64,000 nucleotides of DNA from the human T2T-CHM13v2.0 reference genome, Homo sapiens, in NCBI RefSeq assembly GCF_009914755.1, contig NC_060947.1; one strand, given 5' to 3'. Both the position numbers and the translations under genes were made by a program. The first letter of the stretch is position 1, and every line of letters begins with the position of its first letter. The notes under the pieces are model-generated. The model saw only the letters and a list, made by a program, of their open reading frames with translations. It did no database searches and had not been told where the DNA came from. This document shows, in pieces, positions 38,589 to 51,139 of this stretch.

Positions 38589-39174
38589 TGTTTTAAATGC
38601 TTTTAAAAGTACAGCCTCCAAACAACCAATAAGATAGATTAGCTGTATTCTTTAGCTGGGCTATCTAGAGAGAAAAAACAATAATTAACTCTCAAAGCTC
38701 AGTATACAAAGAAATACTTGAAAGGCTTGTGTTTAGTATGCGTATTCCTGGGCCTTGATCCCAGCTAATCAAATATCAAAATAGCTGCACTTGTAAGGAT
38801 AGAAAAATGTTTCCTAGACCATTGCTCCAAATATAGTGGAAAGATATTATATATCTCTCTCTCTCTCTCTGCTCTTGTTTCTTATGAACCAAGTTATTCT
38901 GTATGGGCAATAGGAACAGTAAGCAGGTAGACTAAGAAAAATATGGATTATGGAAAGTATAGTAACGTGGGCTAGGGAATACAAACTTTAAGCTGAAGTG
39001 TTCCCAAGCTGGGGGCAAAATTCAATATGATAGGAAAAATAATGTGACCGTTGGAGCTATTTCTATGAACTCTCCTTGGGTATGTTAACAACAGACAGAA
39101 CTAGGCTACATTGTTAGCAATCTACTATTGCACATAGAAGTGTGACAGGTGATGGTTGTTTATATTGTTTATTT

Positions 39175-39894
39175 TAGCCACCCATATTCAAAATTCATGT
39201 TTAGAATGGCAAGTTAAATCATTTTGGAAGACTTCAGCAGTGAATAGTTGACCCTATTTACACAGTGGAATGTTTTTGCCAATAAAAAGAAGGTTCTAGC
39301 TTTACCAACGATAAAGCATGCAGTGCATTTATTTGCTCAGAATAGGCATACCCTCTCAATTCCTTCTGGTCTATAACTATTGGGGGGAAATGTCTATTTC
39401 CACTCTACAGATCTAAATGAGAGAGATAGAACAAAAAAAGAAAATTGGAGGAAGCCTGCATTCCTGAATGTTCCCCTGATTCATTAAAGTAACAATTGTC
39501 ACTGGGATCTGGAGATTGAAAAACAATTCCTTAAACTTAGGATTCCTTTGTTTCAGTGCTAGGCTTTCTGGTTCAACTAGATCAGTGGTTCTTAGTCCTG
39601 GCTGCGCTTTGAAGTTACTTGGAAAAGACTTTATTGCTTTTCTTCTATCTCTCTTATTTAGATATGTGGGGTAAAAATAGACATTTTTCCCCAGTGTTTT
39701 TAGACCAGAAGGAATTGAGAGGGTGTGCCTATTCTGAGCAAATAAATGCATCCTTCATCATTGGTATAGATAGAACCTTCTTTTTGTGGGCAAAAGCATT
39801 CCACCATGTAAATAGGGTCAACTATTTACTGCTGAAGTCTTCCAAAATGATTTAACTTGGCATTCTAAACATGAACTTTGAATATGGGTGGCTA
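39175..39894. repeat. Long non-Alu inverted repeat: arms 39175-39431 and 39643-39894, 211-nt spacer
   Basis: Manual alignment: 252 aligned positions, 26 substitutions, one 5-nt indel (~90% identity). Confidence 0.97.
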
Positions 39895-40080
39895 TTTTTT
39901 TTTTTAATAGCAGTGCTTGGGTCCCATCCCAGACCAATAAAGTCTGAATCTCTAGAGTGGTGCCCAGGCCCCTACTGTGGAGATTATGATTCAGGAAGTC
40001 TAGGTTTGGGCCCAGGATCTGTATATTAATAAGTACCCCCAAGTAAATCTTATGATCAGTTGGTTTAGAAAACGTTGTTC
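39582..40080. mobile_element. MER5-family element split by the right arm of the inverted repeat
   Basis: 5' part CAGTGGTTCTTAGTCCTGGCTGC...ACTTT (39582-39632); continuation GCTTGGGTCCCATCCCAGACCAATAAAGTCTGAATCTCT...CCCAGG from ~39895. Confidence 0.7.
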
Positions 40081-41075
40081 TAATATAGGTTAGTCATTAG
40101 CTGCTGTTTACTGATGTGATTTTTTTCTTTAACCTTTTAAAAGCTATTTTCTACAGAGAAGAAAAAGCATTCTAAAATTAGTTTGCATATAGCAAACCAT
40201 TTTGCAATTTATCAATTTATTTTTATTTCAAAATACATTGCCATTTGTTTTTCTTAGAGATAACTGAATCTTTTATTTTTGTTTTTGATTTTCAGGAAAA
40301 TCAATATCTGTTGGAGAATCTGAAGAGCCAAATCTCCTGAGCCTAGGCCTACTGCTGTCAGCATCTCTGAGACCTCTCTCACCTGAGAATTACCAGGTCT
40401 GACAACACTTTCCCTCCAGCCTACAGTGAGGGATGTCAACAAAGCTACAGAAAACTCACATTCTGTAGACTTACAAGCTGTGCAGCTGGGCAGGAACCTT
40501 ACAATCTCCATCCTTAGGGAAGGTTCAGAAATACAGATAAACGGGGTGAAAACTCAGATAAGCTGAGCCTGATATATACAAAAGCCTTCAGATAGTCTCC
40601 TCGCAGAAGAGCCCAATTAAGTCCACATAATTAGTCCACACATCTAGATTAGGTATAGGCAAAACGAGCCTTTTCTCCATCTACGAAAACAGAGCAAAAC
40701 ACTGATATAATACTCTAAAAGATTCTTGTTCTAATAACAGTATTATAAAGCAGTTTCACCCATATTTATTTTAATCAGTATAAAAGTAGGAGTGTGGAAA
40801 ATAAAACATTACTTGTATTTTTAAAAATTGATTAAGAAGCTCTGATAAAACCTATTGGAGGGGCGATTGCTGTGCTGAAGGATAGAGAGGGTGTTGCAAT
40901 TGTCAAATAGCATCACCATTTTCTGCTTGTGTGCTATTGCCTTAGCTCTGAGAGTGATTGGTTTTTACCAGATTGTTAGAACACGTCCAATAGATTTAGA
41001 GACAGTCTAAGTGACTGTGAAATGCCTCAAGGGCAGTAGAAATCAAATAGAAACACATACTAACTCAAGTCTTGA

Positions 41076-41351
<276 letters not shown>

Positions 41352-43995
41352 AGCCAGGATGAAGGTGAGCTTTAGTGGATCTGGGTAAACCCTTATATAT
41401 GGATGTCCAGGAGAGCTTGCTTTCTTGCATGAAGCTTCCCATGTAGGGAATCCACAAGTTGTTCATTTAACAGCAAGCTGTTCATGTTTTCTTTGTGTTA
41501 TTCTTCATCTTTACTCTGCTTGTGGGCTATCTAAAACGTTTAAGACTCACTCTGAAAGGAATATAGGAAAAGACAGCTGGTTGGGAGGGCTGGTTTCCAT
41601 AGTAACCAAACAGTGCCTGGGCCTTGCACAAACCTCAGACCACAGAAATTCATGCGCAGTGGTTGTAAGAAGCACAGGGTCCCTGGAAGCTCCAAAAACA
41701 AACAAAGAAGATTTGCTTTTGAAAGGGCTGATCCTTCAAAGAGGATATCCCAAGAAAAGGACAAGTTCTAATTTAGTGTTTTGATCCTAGAGAATCACCT
41801 CTATACAAAGTTAAATTATGTCAGAAGTTAATGGAAGAGAAGCCCTTTCCCTAAACAGCAGTGATTTGATCATCTTAGGCAATCCGGTTTGTTTCAAATG
41901 AAAGAAGAGATTTAAAGAAACTGTTTCAGTTTAGAGAGCAAGTTTTCAGAAAGAAGTTTCTAGTAAACAAACTCATCTAGAGAGAGAAAAATGTGCATAT
42001 TATATCCATATTAATTCTATTCATGCAGCTTCTTTGTCTTTTTCTCTCTCCCTCTCACACTCTAGGATAGAGTTGCACACAAATATGAGCTTTGTTTAAA
42101 AGGTGCCTTTGCAAACAAGACTCAACTGTACTTTAGAGCAGAAATAAAATGATGTTGGTATTCTGTTGTTGAATATGGCTTTGGACAAAACATTCAAGCC
42201 TTCTGAGTCCCAGGGTTTTTGTGCTGAAAAATGACTAGAGAGCTATTTAGTCATCACTATACTCTTTAGATCTGAGCATAAAAAAAAGAGAGAGAGACAA
42301 AGGAGGAAAGGACTAAACAACATCCTCCAACAAATCCTTATTGAGATCAATGTCCTCAAATGTCACATTTGTATTTCCCAGAAAATGTTCCTCCCTTCCT
42401 GATCCCTGCCAAAAGATGAAGTGTTTCACTTATTACCTATAAGAGAATTATATTTTGAAAAATTCCATTCTCATAAGTAGCCCTAGTATGCCAGTAGTGT
42501 GGAGAGAATTTAATTTTTAAAACTAACTTTTCAAAGGGAAACCAAAGGAGATGAGTACCATTTACAAATCAGAATTTAAAAAACTGGTCATATTCTTGCC
42601 ACCAAAGGACGAGTACACCTGTGTTAAATTTTACTTGCTAAAACAAAAAATAAGTTATCTTTTGTACCTAAAGGGGGGTCATCAAATTTCACAGAGTACT
42701 CTCTCAGGAACTGTAATGATGGTAAGAGAGAAATCAAATAGATGTTAGATTAATGCCACCTCCACCAGAAATGTAGCTCTTTGTAGTCTGTAACCAATTT
42801 AGATTGGCCCTTTTTCTCTGATCTAAATCTAGATTGGTAGTGAAATTCCCAAGTGCTTTCCACTTTTATACACAGTCATTTGTCAATGCTCCTCTCTCCA
42901 AGGGGCTGCAAGTGTGAAATCCCTACATGCAGAGCTAAACTTAGCAGTAAGACTGACTCTGCCACACCTGTTACAACTGTGCACTGTCAGAGATGGGAGC
43001 TGCACTCTGCATCATTCAAAACAAATTAGCAGATAGGCTAAGACTTGGATAGGGCATATATTTTTCAAAACTCAAAGTGACTCACATTATTACACCTTGA
43101 TGGTCTAAGTTGTGTGTTTATTCAACACCCAGATTCAGTGGACCCTTTAAAATTTGAGCTTTGGCAGCCAAACATGGACTTCCTCAAGACTGGCAACACC
43201 CCCCCTCCAGAACTTCTTAAGAACACACATCTTCCCTCATTCCAGGCTCTCACTTTTGTGCCCACAGTATTTGAATGCACTTTACATTTGAGAAGTCAGT
43301 GGCTGGCTAAATGAAGGAACTGATTATACTTTCAACAGCAGTGAATAGCAAGATACAAAATACCTTGTTGCTGAATCTAATAGAGATACAGACTGAAAAT
43401 CTATTCTCTGCCCATCTGACCTTCCCAACCCAAATTTCAGGAGAATAAAACTGCTTTTTAAGCACTGACTTGGATGAAGATTTCTAATTTATGATTAGGT
43501 TACTCACATGGAAAACTATCAACCTCTTTCATCACAACTACCCCATGGGGATCCAGCTCGTCACTGAGCATTAACCAAAGCACACAGCACAGATTACACC
43601 AAAATAGCAGCATAACACCCCCCACCCAATTTCCAGTGACAATATAAATGGAAATGCTTTTAAGCAGATGTGTCATTATAATGACTCACATGGTATTTAA
43701 TCTTTAGGAAAATAAACTGAATGTTTTTATTGTAGCAAACTTACTGTAAAGAAAAGAATTTTTACATTATATTTATTCCCCAATGTATTAACATATATTA
43801 CTGCTCAAAAAGGCAGCCAGAGTAACCAGACGGCACAATTTGAATTTATCCTTCTATTCGAAATGCTGACTTGGATTGCCTTCCCCCACCCCCACTCCCT
43901 CCAAAATTGCACATTAGCCAGTATATAAACAGGTAGGTTATTTATATATATGTGTACTCTGTTTTAAGATGAAAAGAACAATTCTTCACTTTTTA

Positions 43996-44074
43996 TTAGC
44001 TGAACCATATGAAATTGCCATTTGATAGGCCAAAAAATGCTCAAATATCACCAACTTCATAAAATTCAACCTAA
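43996..44074. mobile_element. MADE2 mariner MITE in the 3'UTR
   Basis: TA-TTAGCTGAACCATATGAAATTGCC...TTCATAAAATTCAACCTAA-TA, ~80 bp. Confidence 0.8.
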
Positions 44075-44593
44075 TACAAAGACTCACCACATTAATTCTG
44101 TAAATAGTAAATTCTCCTAATATGTTTAAAAAGAATCCAATTTTTTAAAATATATTTTGCATATATTTCAGAATCATGGGTTGTACAAAATGAAGTATAT
44201 TGTAAAAGGCTTATGTATTATGTATTATGTATTAAGTAGGAAATATTAAGGTTAATCAAGTAAAGATGAATTCATCCAGCCTAACCTTTCCATCCATGCC
44301 AAATCTGAAGCTTTGGACTCATAACTGAGTTTGACTGCTGCAGATCCCACCATACTTACTAAGTAGGTATAAGGGATCCATTTTAATACATTTCAATGGT
44401 TATATTTAGTAATACATTTTATTCACTTGCATTTGTACAAAAGAACTTTTTTTTAACAAAATGAAGAATTGTGTGGAATAAAAAATTGAGTTTCTTTTGT
44501 TTGAAATTATTAATGTTTGAAATAGATTCATATTGTATAAAAATGGAAATATATTTGCATTAATATTTAGCATGTCATTTTTGATCCCTGGAC

Positions 44594-44599
44594 AATAAA
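44594..44599 (+). terminator. SERTM2: Probable distal polyadenylation signal of SERTM2
   Basis: AATAAA after a U/A-rich stretch with several TGTA motifs, and a CA ~20 nt downstream; other AATAAA at 42143, 43444, 43711, 44477. Confidence 0.55.
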
Positions 44600-44905
44600 T
44601 AATGACTGGTTTGATGATAACACGTATCTATTGTCTGAAGAATGTAAAGAGAATGACATTAGTCTCTTCATCCCGGTATAAATTGTAACGACTGCACATT
44701 TGTGGGACTTTTATAATTTTGAGGTCTCATTTTTTCTTATTCTCTGATTCTCTCTCCACTTGTCAAGTGATTGGTGCATTTGTTTGTTTAGTAGTAAATT
44801 GTCAAAAAAAAAGAATGACTTCCAGCTGTCAATAAGAGTGACCTGAGGGAAGATTGAGATAAGGTGTCTAAAGTGCCAATAGCCTTCCACATTCCTCTGC
44901 TGATA

Positions 44906-44908
<3 letters not shown>

Positions 44909-44936
<28 letters not shown>

Positions 44937-45222
44937 GAGACAGGGTCTCACTCCAATCACCCAGGCTGCAGTACAATGGCCCGATCATGGATCACTGCAG
45001 CCTCATCTTCCCAGGATCAGGCGATCCTCTCACCTTGGCCTCCCAAGTAGCTGGGACTACAGGCGCATGCTAATTTTTTTTTTTCTTTTTTTGGTATTTT
45101 TAGTAGAAATGAGGTTTTGCCATGTTGGCTAGGGTGGTCTCCAACTCCTGGGCTCAAGTGATCCACCTGCCTCGACTTCCCAAAGTGCTGGGATTACAGG
45201 TGTGAGCCACCAAGCCTGGCCA
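44909..45222 (-). mobile_element. AluJ
   Basis: Antisense Alu with T tract; CTCCTGGGCTCAAGTGATCC J-type motif. Confidence 0.95.
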
Positions 45223-45249
45223 GATTTTTTTTTTAATGTAGCTTCCATT

Positions 45250-45435
45250 TTGTACTTTCTTCATTTGATCCTCACAGTAACCCTGTGAGTAGTGAGTGGA
45301 GATAATATGAAGTCTGCTTGACAAAAGAAAAAACAGGTACAGAGAGATTTGTGAGGCATTCGTGGTTACACAGAGGCAGAGTCAAGATTACACTGTAAGG
45401 CTTTGGACTCCTGTTTTAATACTCATTCCACCATG
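45250..45435 (-). mobile_element. MIR
   Basis: TCATTTGATCCTCACAGTAACCCTGTGAG...GGTTACACAG. Confidence 0.65.
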
Positions 45436-46254
45436 CTTTTCTTTCTGAGCACTGAAGAGATATTTCAGAGCTATTCATTCTATAACACTCCAAGTTCTGC
45501 AAACAACAATTGAGCTCTGTGGGTGATTAACTCCTTGATTCCAATAATTCAAAACAAATTAATACAATTCTGCCATCTCTTCAAATCGTTGTGTAGTGTG
45601 GCAAGACACATTCCCAGACTGAGGGAAAGTTTGCACAAAGGCAACCCCTGCAGCTTTGATTTACATAAATGAAGAGAATAGACAGTAATATGGATGAATT
45701 ATTACCCACAATGCAAATCCCAATCATCTGATCATTGGATTTAATGTTCACAGTCAATGCAAGTTCTTCATATGTATGATTGCTATCTCTCCCCTTGCCT
45801 CCCAGAAATGAGAACACCTCCCAGAAATGAAAACACCTCATCTTAGGTAAAGATAATGTTGTTCTTTAAAATTATATGATGCCTTGAGTATACACAGCAA
45901 TTCCATTTGCCCTCTAGAATAAATGCTATGACATTAAAAAAGGAAAGAATTACCAACTAAAAAAAAAAGCTTCCTGTAGCCACAAAGAATGAATTGTTGA
46001 AGGAGACAAAATATGGAACATATGTGAAGTAGAAAAAGAAAATACACATAATAAATATAAGTGAGGAGATTTTGAAGAATAACTTGAGCAATTCCCGGTA
46101 TTCCAATTCATTCAAGTGTCTATTGATTAAATCAAACATATATGTGGAGGAGAATAAAAGAGACAGATTACACAACGTACTGGGCTAGGCTCTGCAGGAA
46201 TCTAAAGTTTGCAATCAAAAAGTTTGCAATCTGGCAAAAATGACAAACAGAAAT

Positions 46255-46517
46255 TCATCCATCCATCCATTCATTCATTCAGTAAACATTTATTTAGCAC
46301 ATAGTCTGTGTCCTGGTGAAGGTTATAGCCTACTAGGATGGATAACACCAACCACATAATTGCAAGAATACTGTGTTATAAAGAAGTATAAGGTGCTTGG
46401 GCACTTATAAAGTGGAAGGGATGCTTCCTAACCTGGCTTAGAGTGGCAGAGAAGACGTTACTATATATATATGTGTGTGTGTGTGTGTATATATATATGT
46501 GTGTGTGTGTGTATATA

Positions 46518-46592
<75 letters not shown>

Positions 46593-47270
46593 TAAAGTTT
46601 AGTGAATGAGTAAAAGGAGAGAGTAAGGCAAACATGCCATAGAGAGAATGACAGGAGTAAAGATTCTGAGATCAAATACACTTGACACACTTGAAGAAGC
46701 ACAGTGAGTGAGGGAGAGAAGTCTTCAGAAGCCTGGAAAGGTTTACAGGAACCAGAACATGCAGGCCTTCGTGGGCAGTGCTATAGACTTTTTACTTTAT
46801 TATAAGTGTAGAGAAGAGAACACTGGCAGCAATATAGAGGATGGATTGAAAAAAGGCAAAGGAGGTTGCAGGGAGGCCAGAAGAAACGCTATGGCAGTGA
46901 TTCAGGCGAAAGAAGAAATGGATATCTTTGCGATAGATTTAGGAGATAAAATCAGCATTACTTGACCATGAATTGGCTAAGTGGGGTAATTAAGAAGAAA
47001 AAGTCTAGAATGATTTACAGATTTCTGGTTTGAACAAGGATCTGGTGACTCTATTCACTGAGATATAGAACAATGGAGGAAAATCAGATAAAGAGATGTA
47101 TTCAATTTAGGACATTTTAGTTTGAAGTGCCTCTGAGACATCCAAGTGTAGATGTTAAGTAGGCAGTTGAAAATATGGATCTGGACCTCTGAAGAGAGGT
47201 TTGGGCTGGAGTCATAAATTTAGGAGCTGATAAAGGATGAGATTACCCAGGGGAGGGGTTATAAATAAAA
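46255..47270 (-). mobile_element. L2 (about 1 kb)
   Basis: CATTCATTCATTCAGTAAACATTTATTTAGCAC tail; TTTGAAGTGCCTCTGAGACATCCAAGTG...AGGCAGTTG...GAGAGGTTTGGGCTGGAG. Confidence 0.85.
46462..46590. repeat. Compound (TA)n/(TG)n microsatellite
   Basis: ~129 bp of alternating purine-pyrimidine. Confidence 0.97.
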
Positions 47271-47637
47271 CTGAGGAAATGACAATAATGTATGTAAAAT
47301 ATACCCAAACATGCTCCTCCCCATTTTTGGAGCGTAGGCCACTTTTCAAGCAGATTGAAAAGAAGATTAGGTTTAAGGGTTCTCAAACTAAGGTACATTG
47401 CCCAGAGAAACTTGCAAGCAGGAGAAGTAAAAGAGTGTGTCAGAGTCAAAGTCCTTGGGAGAGAGGTAAGACTCCAAGCTGGGGAGACCAAATATAAACA
47501 TTAAGTACAAAGATTAAGAGCAAGACCATAAATAAGAGGTAAATAAAGCCAATAATTAGAAGTCAGAAACCAATGGAGCAGTGTAGGTACACGTCAGAAG
47601 ACAGCCCTGAGAGGTTGCAGTGAATAAGGGTGACGAT

Positions 47638-50232
47638 GAATATTGATGCAAAAGTCCTCAACAAAATACTAGCGAACTAATTTCAACAATACATTAAAAA
47701 GATCACTCATCACGACCAAGTGAGATTTATTCCAGGGATGCACGGATGGTTCAATATACACAAACCAATGAATGTGATACATCATAATAATAGAATGAAA
47801 GCCAAAACCATATAATCATTTGAATTGATGCTTAAAAAGCATTTTATAAAATTCAACATCCCTTCATGATGAAACCCTCAAAAACTGGCTATAGAAGGAA
47901 CATACCTCAACATGAAAAAAGCCATATATGACAGACCCACAGCTAGTATTATATTGAATGGGGAAAAACTGAAAGCCTTTCTTCTAAGCTTTGGAACACG
48001 ACAAAAATGCCCACTTGCACCACTGTTACTGAACATAGTACTGAAAGTCCTAGCTAGAGCAATCAGACAAGAGAAAGAAATAAAGGGCATCCAAAATGGA
48101 AAGAAGGAAGTCGAATTATATCTGTTTGCAGACGATATGATCTTCTATTTGGAAAAACCTAAAGAGACCACCAAAATCTATTAGGATTTTTAAACAAATT
48201 CAGTAAAGTTGCAGGATACAAAATCAACATGCAAATATCAGTAGCATTTTTACATGCTAACAGTGAACAATCTGAAAAAGAAATCAAGAAAGTAATCTCA
48301 CTTACAATAGCTACAAATAAAATTAATCACCTAAGAATTAACTAAAGAAGTGAAAGATCTTCTGCAATGAAAATTACAAAACACTGATGAAAGCAATTGA
48401 AGAGGACACACAAAAAAATGGAAAGATATTCCATGTTCATGGATTGGAACAATCAATACTGTTAAAATGTCCATACTAACCTCAGCAATCTATAGATTCA
48501 ATACAATCCCTATCAAAATACCAATGACATGCTTCACAAAAATAGGAAAAAAAATCCTAAATTTTATATGGAACCACAAAAGACCCAGAGTAGCTAAAGC
48601 TATCCTGAGCAAAAAGAACAAAACTGGAGGAATCACATTACCTAACATCAAATTATACTATAGAGCTAGAGTAACTAAGACAGCATGGTACTGGCATAAA
48701 AACAGACACATAGACCAATGGAACAGAATAGAGAACCCAGAAACATATCCACACACCTACAGTGAACTCATTTTTAACAGAGGTGTCAAGAACATGTGTT
48801 AGAGAAAGAACAGTCTCTTCAATAGTGGTGCTGGGAAAACTGGATATCCATATGCAGAAGAATGAAACTAGATCCCATATCTTGCCATATACAAAAATAA
48901 AATAAAAATGAATTAAAGAATTAAATCTAAGACCTTGAATTATAAAAATGCTACAGGAAAACATTGGGGAAACTCTCCAGGACATCTGCCTGGGCAAAGA
49001 TTTCCTGAGTAATACCCCACAAGTAGAGGCAACAAAGCAAAAGTGGAGGAAACGAGTCACATCAAGCTGAAACTTCTGCACAGCAAAGGAAATGATCAAC
49101 AAAGCGAAGAGTGACAGAAAATATTTGCAAACTACCCATCTGATGAGGGATTAATAACCAGAATATATAAGAAGCTCCAGCAACTCTATAGGGAAAAGCC
49201 TAATAATCCAATTTAAAAATGGGCCAAAGATTTAAATACACAGTTCTCAAAAGAAAACACACAAATGACAAATAAGCATATGAAAAGGTGCTCAACATCA
49301 TTGATAATCAGAGAAACGCATATCAAAAGTACAATGAGATATCATTTCATCCCAGTTAAAATGGCTTTCATCCAAAAGACCAGCAATAACAAATGCTGGT
49401 GAGGATGTGGAGAAAAGGGAACATTTTTACACTGTTAGTGGGAATGTAAATTAGTACAACCACTATGGAAAACAGTTTGGAGGTTCCTCAAAAAAATGAA
49501 AAACTGACCTGCCATATCATCCAGCAATCCCACTGCTGGGTATATACTCAAAAGAAGGGAAATCGGTATGTCGAAGAGATATCTGCACTCACATGTTTGT
49601 TGCAGCACTGTTCACAATAGCCAAGATTTGGAAGTGACCTAAGTGTTCATCATCAGATGAATGGATGAAGAAAATGTGGTGCTTATACGCAATGGAGTAC
49701 TATTCAGCCATAAAAAGAATGAGATCCTGTCATTTGCAACAACATGGATGGAACTGGATGTCGTTACGTTAAGTGAAATAAGCCACGTACAGAAAGACAG
49801 ACACCACATGTTTTCACTTATTTGTGGTATCTTCAAACCAAAACGATTGAATTCATCGACATAGAGAGTAGAAGAATGGTTACCAGAGGCTGGAAATAGT
49901 AGTTGGGGGATGAGGGGGAGGTGGAGATGGTTAATGGGTTGAAGAAAAATAGAAAGAATGAACGAGACCTAGTATTTGATATCACAAGACCTAGTATTTG
50001 ATAGCACAACAAGGTGACTATATCAATAAAAACTTAATTGTACATTTTAAAATAACTAAAAAAGTATAATTGGATTGTTTGTAACACAAAGGATGAATGC
50101 TTCAGGGGATGAATACTCCATTTTTCATAATTTTGTTATTACATATTACATCCCTGTATCAAAATTTCTCATTTACCCCATATGTACATACACCTACTAT
50201 GTACTCACAAAAATTAAAAATGTTAAAAAATC
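47638..50232 (+). mobile_element. 5'-truncated L1 (L1MA1/2-like), ORF2 RT to 3' end
   Basis: ORFs 47912..48184 and 48467..48802 are L1 ORF2 ([21 protein letters not shown]; [17 protein letters not shown]); 3' end CACCTACTATGTACTCACAAAAATTAAAAA. Confidence 0.95.
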
Positions 50233-51139
50233 GGAAAAAGAAATAGAAATGAACAGTTATTTGAAGAATTTTTGAGCATGAACCAGAGATTAAGTGTAAA
50301 GAATACAAAGTAGAAAGAGGTCTATCAACATGGCGAGAGGCTGGAGACCAAGCAGAAGAGTAACCAGTGAAGGTTCTTTCCTCAGAAGAATAGCAATGGT
50401 GAATGCTCAATTCTAAGTCTTTTGCTGTGATGCCCTAAAGTATAACCCTCCACCATAACTGAACCTTCACTAAAGTCTGAAACTCACATAGCCTAGAGAT
50501 AGCAGTACTTTGGTTGAGTGAAGGGATTATTATGATGTCTTGAGTGGTAACATGGTGGATAAAAGAGACCACACACAGAGAGAAGACAAAACATAGAACA
50601 AAAATGGTAAATTTACTAAAAGTAGGAATTTCAACCCAGAGATAAGTGAAAGAAATACAAGACTTTACCTGAACCTTAGATTCTAAAACTCATTAGATGC
50701 CTGGAGACAGGCTAATTAAATGTCTAAAACAATCTCTTCAACATTTAACATTTCAAACTACCAGAATATCCAATATTTGTTCACCAATTTAATATATTTG
50801 TAGGTGATGCTGAAATCTGTTAGCTAATTCTAACATTATTTATACTCTAGAGTTTAGACTCATAAGTAGAGAATGCCCTGCAGAATAAGATATTTCCTTC
50901 CAACCTTTGAAGAATTTCTACAATGATGCAGTAGAGACCTAACCCATGTAGTTTCAAAGGACAGAACTAGGACCAACAAGTAGAATTTAAGGGGAGTAGA
51001 GTTTATAGGAAAAGAATTTTGATGCATTGTATTTCTAGTGACAGATTCCCCAAAATAGGGCAGACTTTCTTGCAAAGTAGAATATTATTGAAACAGTTAA
51101 AGTAAAGGTTAATGGACATACCTATAAAAGATAATTATA

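Noticed and set aside
41425-41784. 119-aa ORF downstream of SERTM2 as a second cistron
   Set aside because: TTG start, no homology, inside 3'UTR or optional intron
45798-45839. 19-bp tandem duplication
   Set aside because: Ordinary slippage duplication with one mismatch; no functional context
47912-48802. Reverse-transcriptase-like ORFs
   Set aside because: Frameshifted, stop-interrupted fragments of an old 5'-truncated L1; not active
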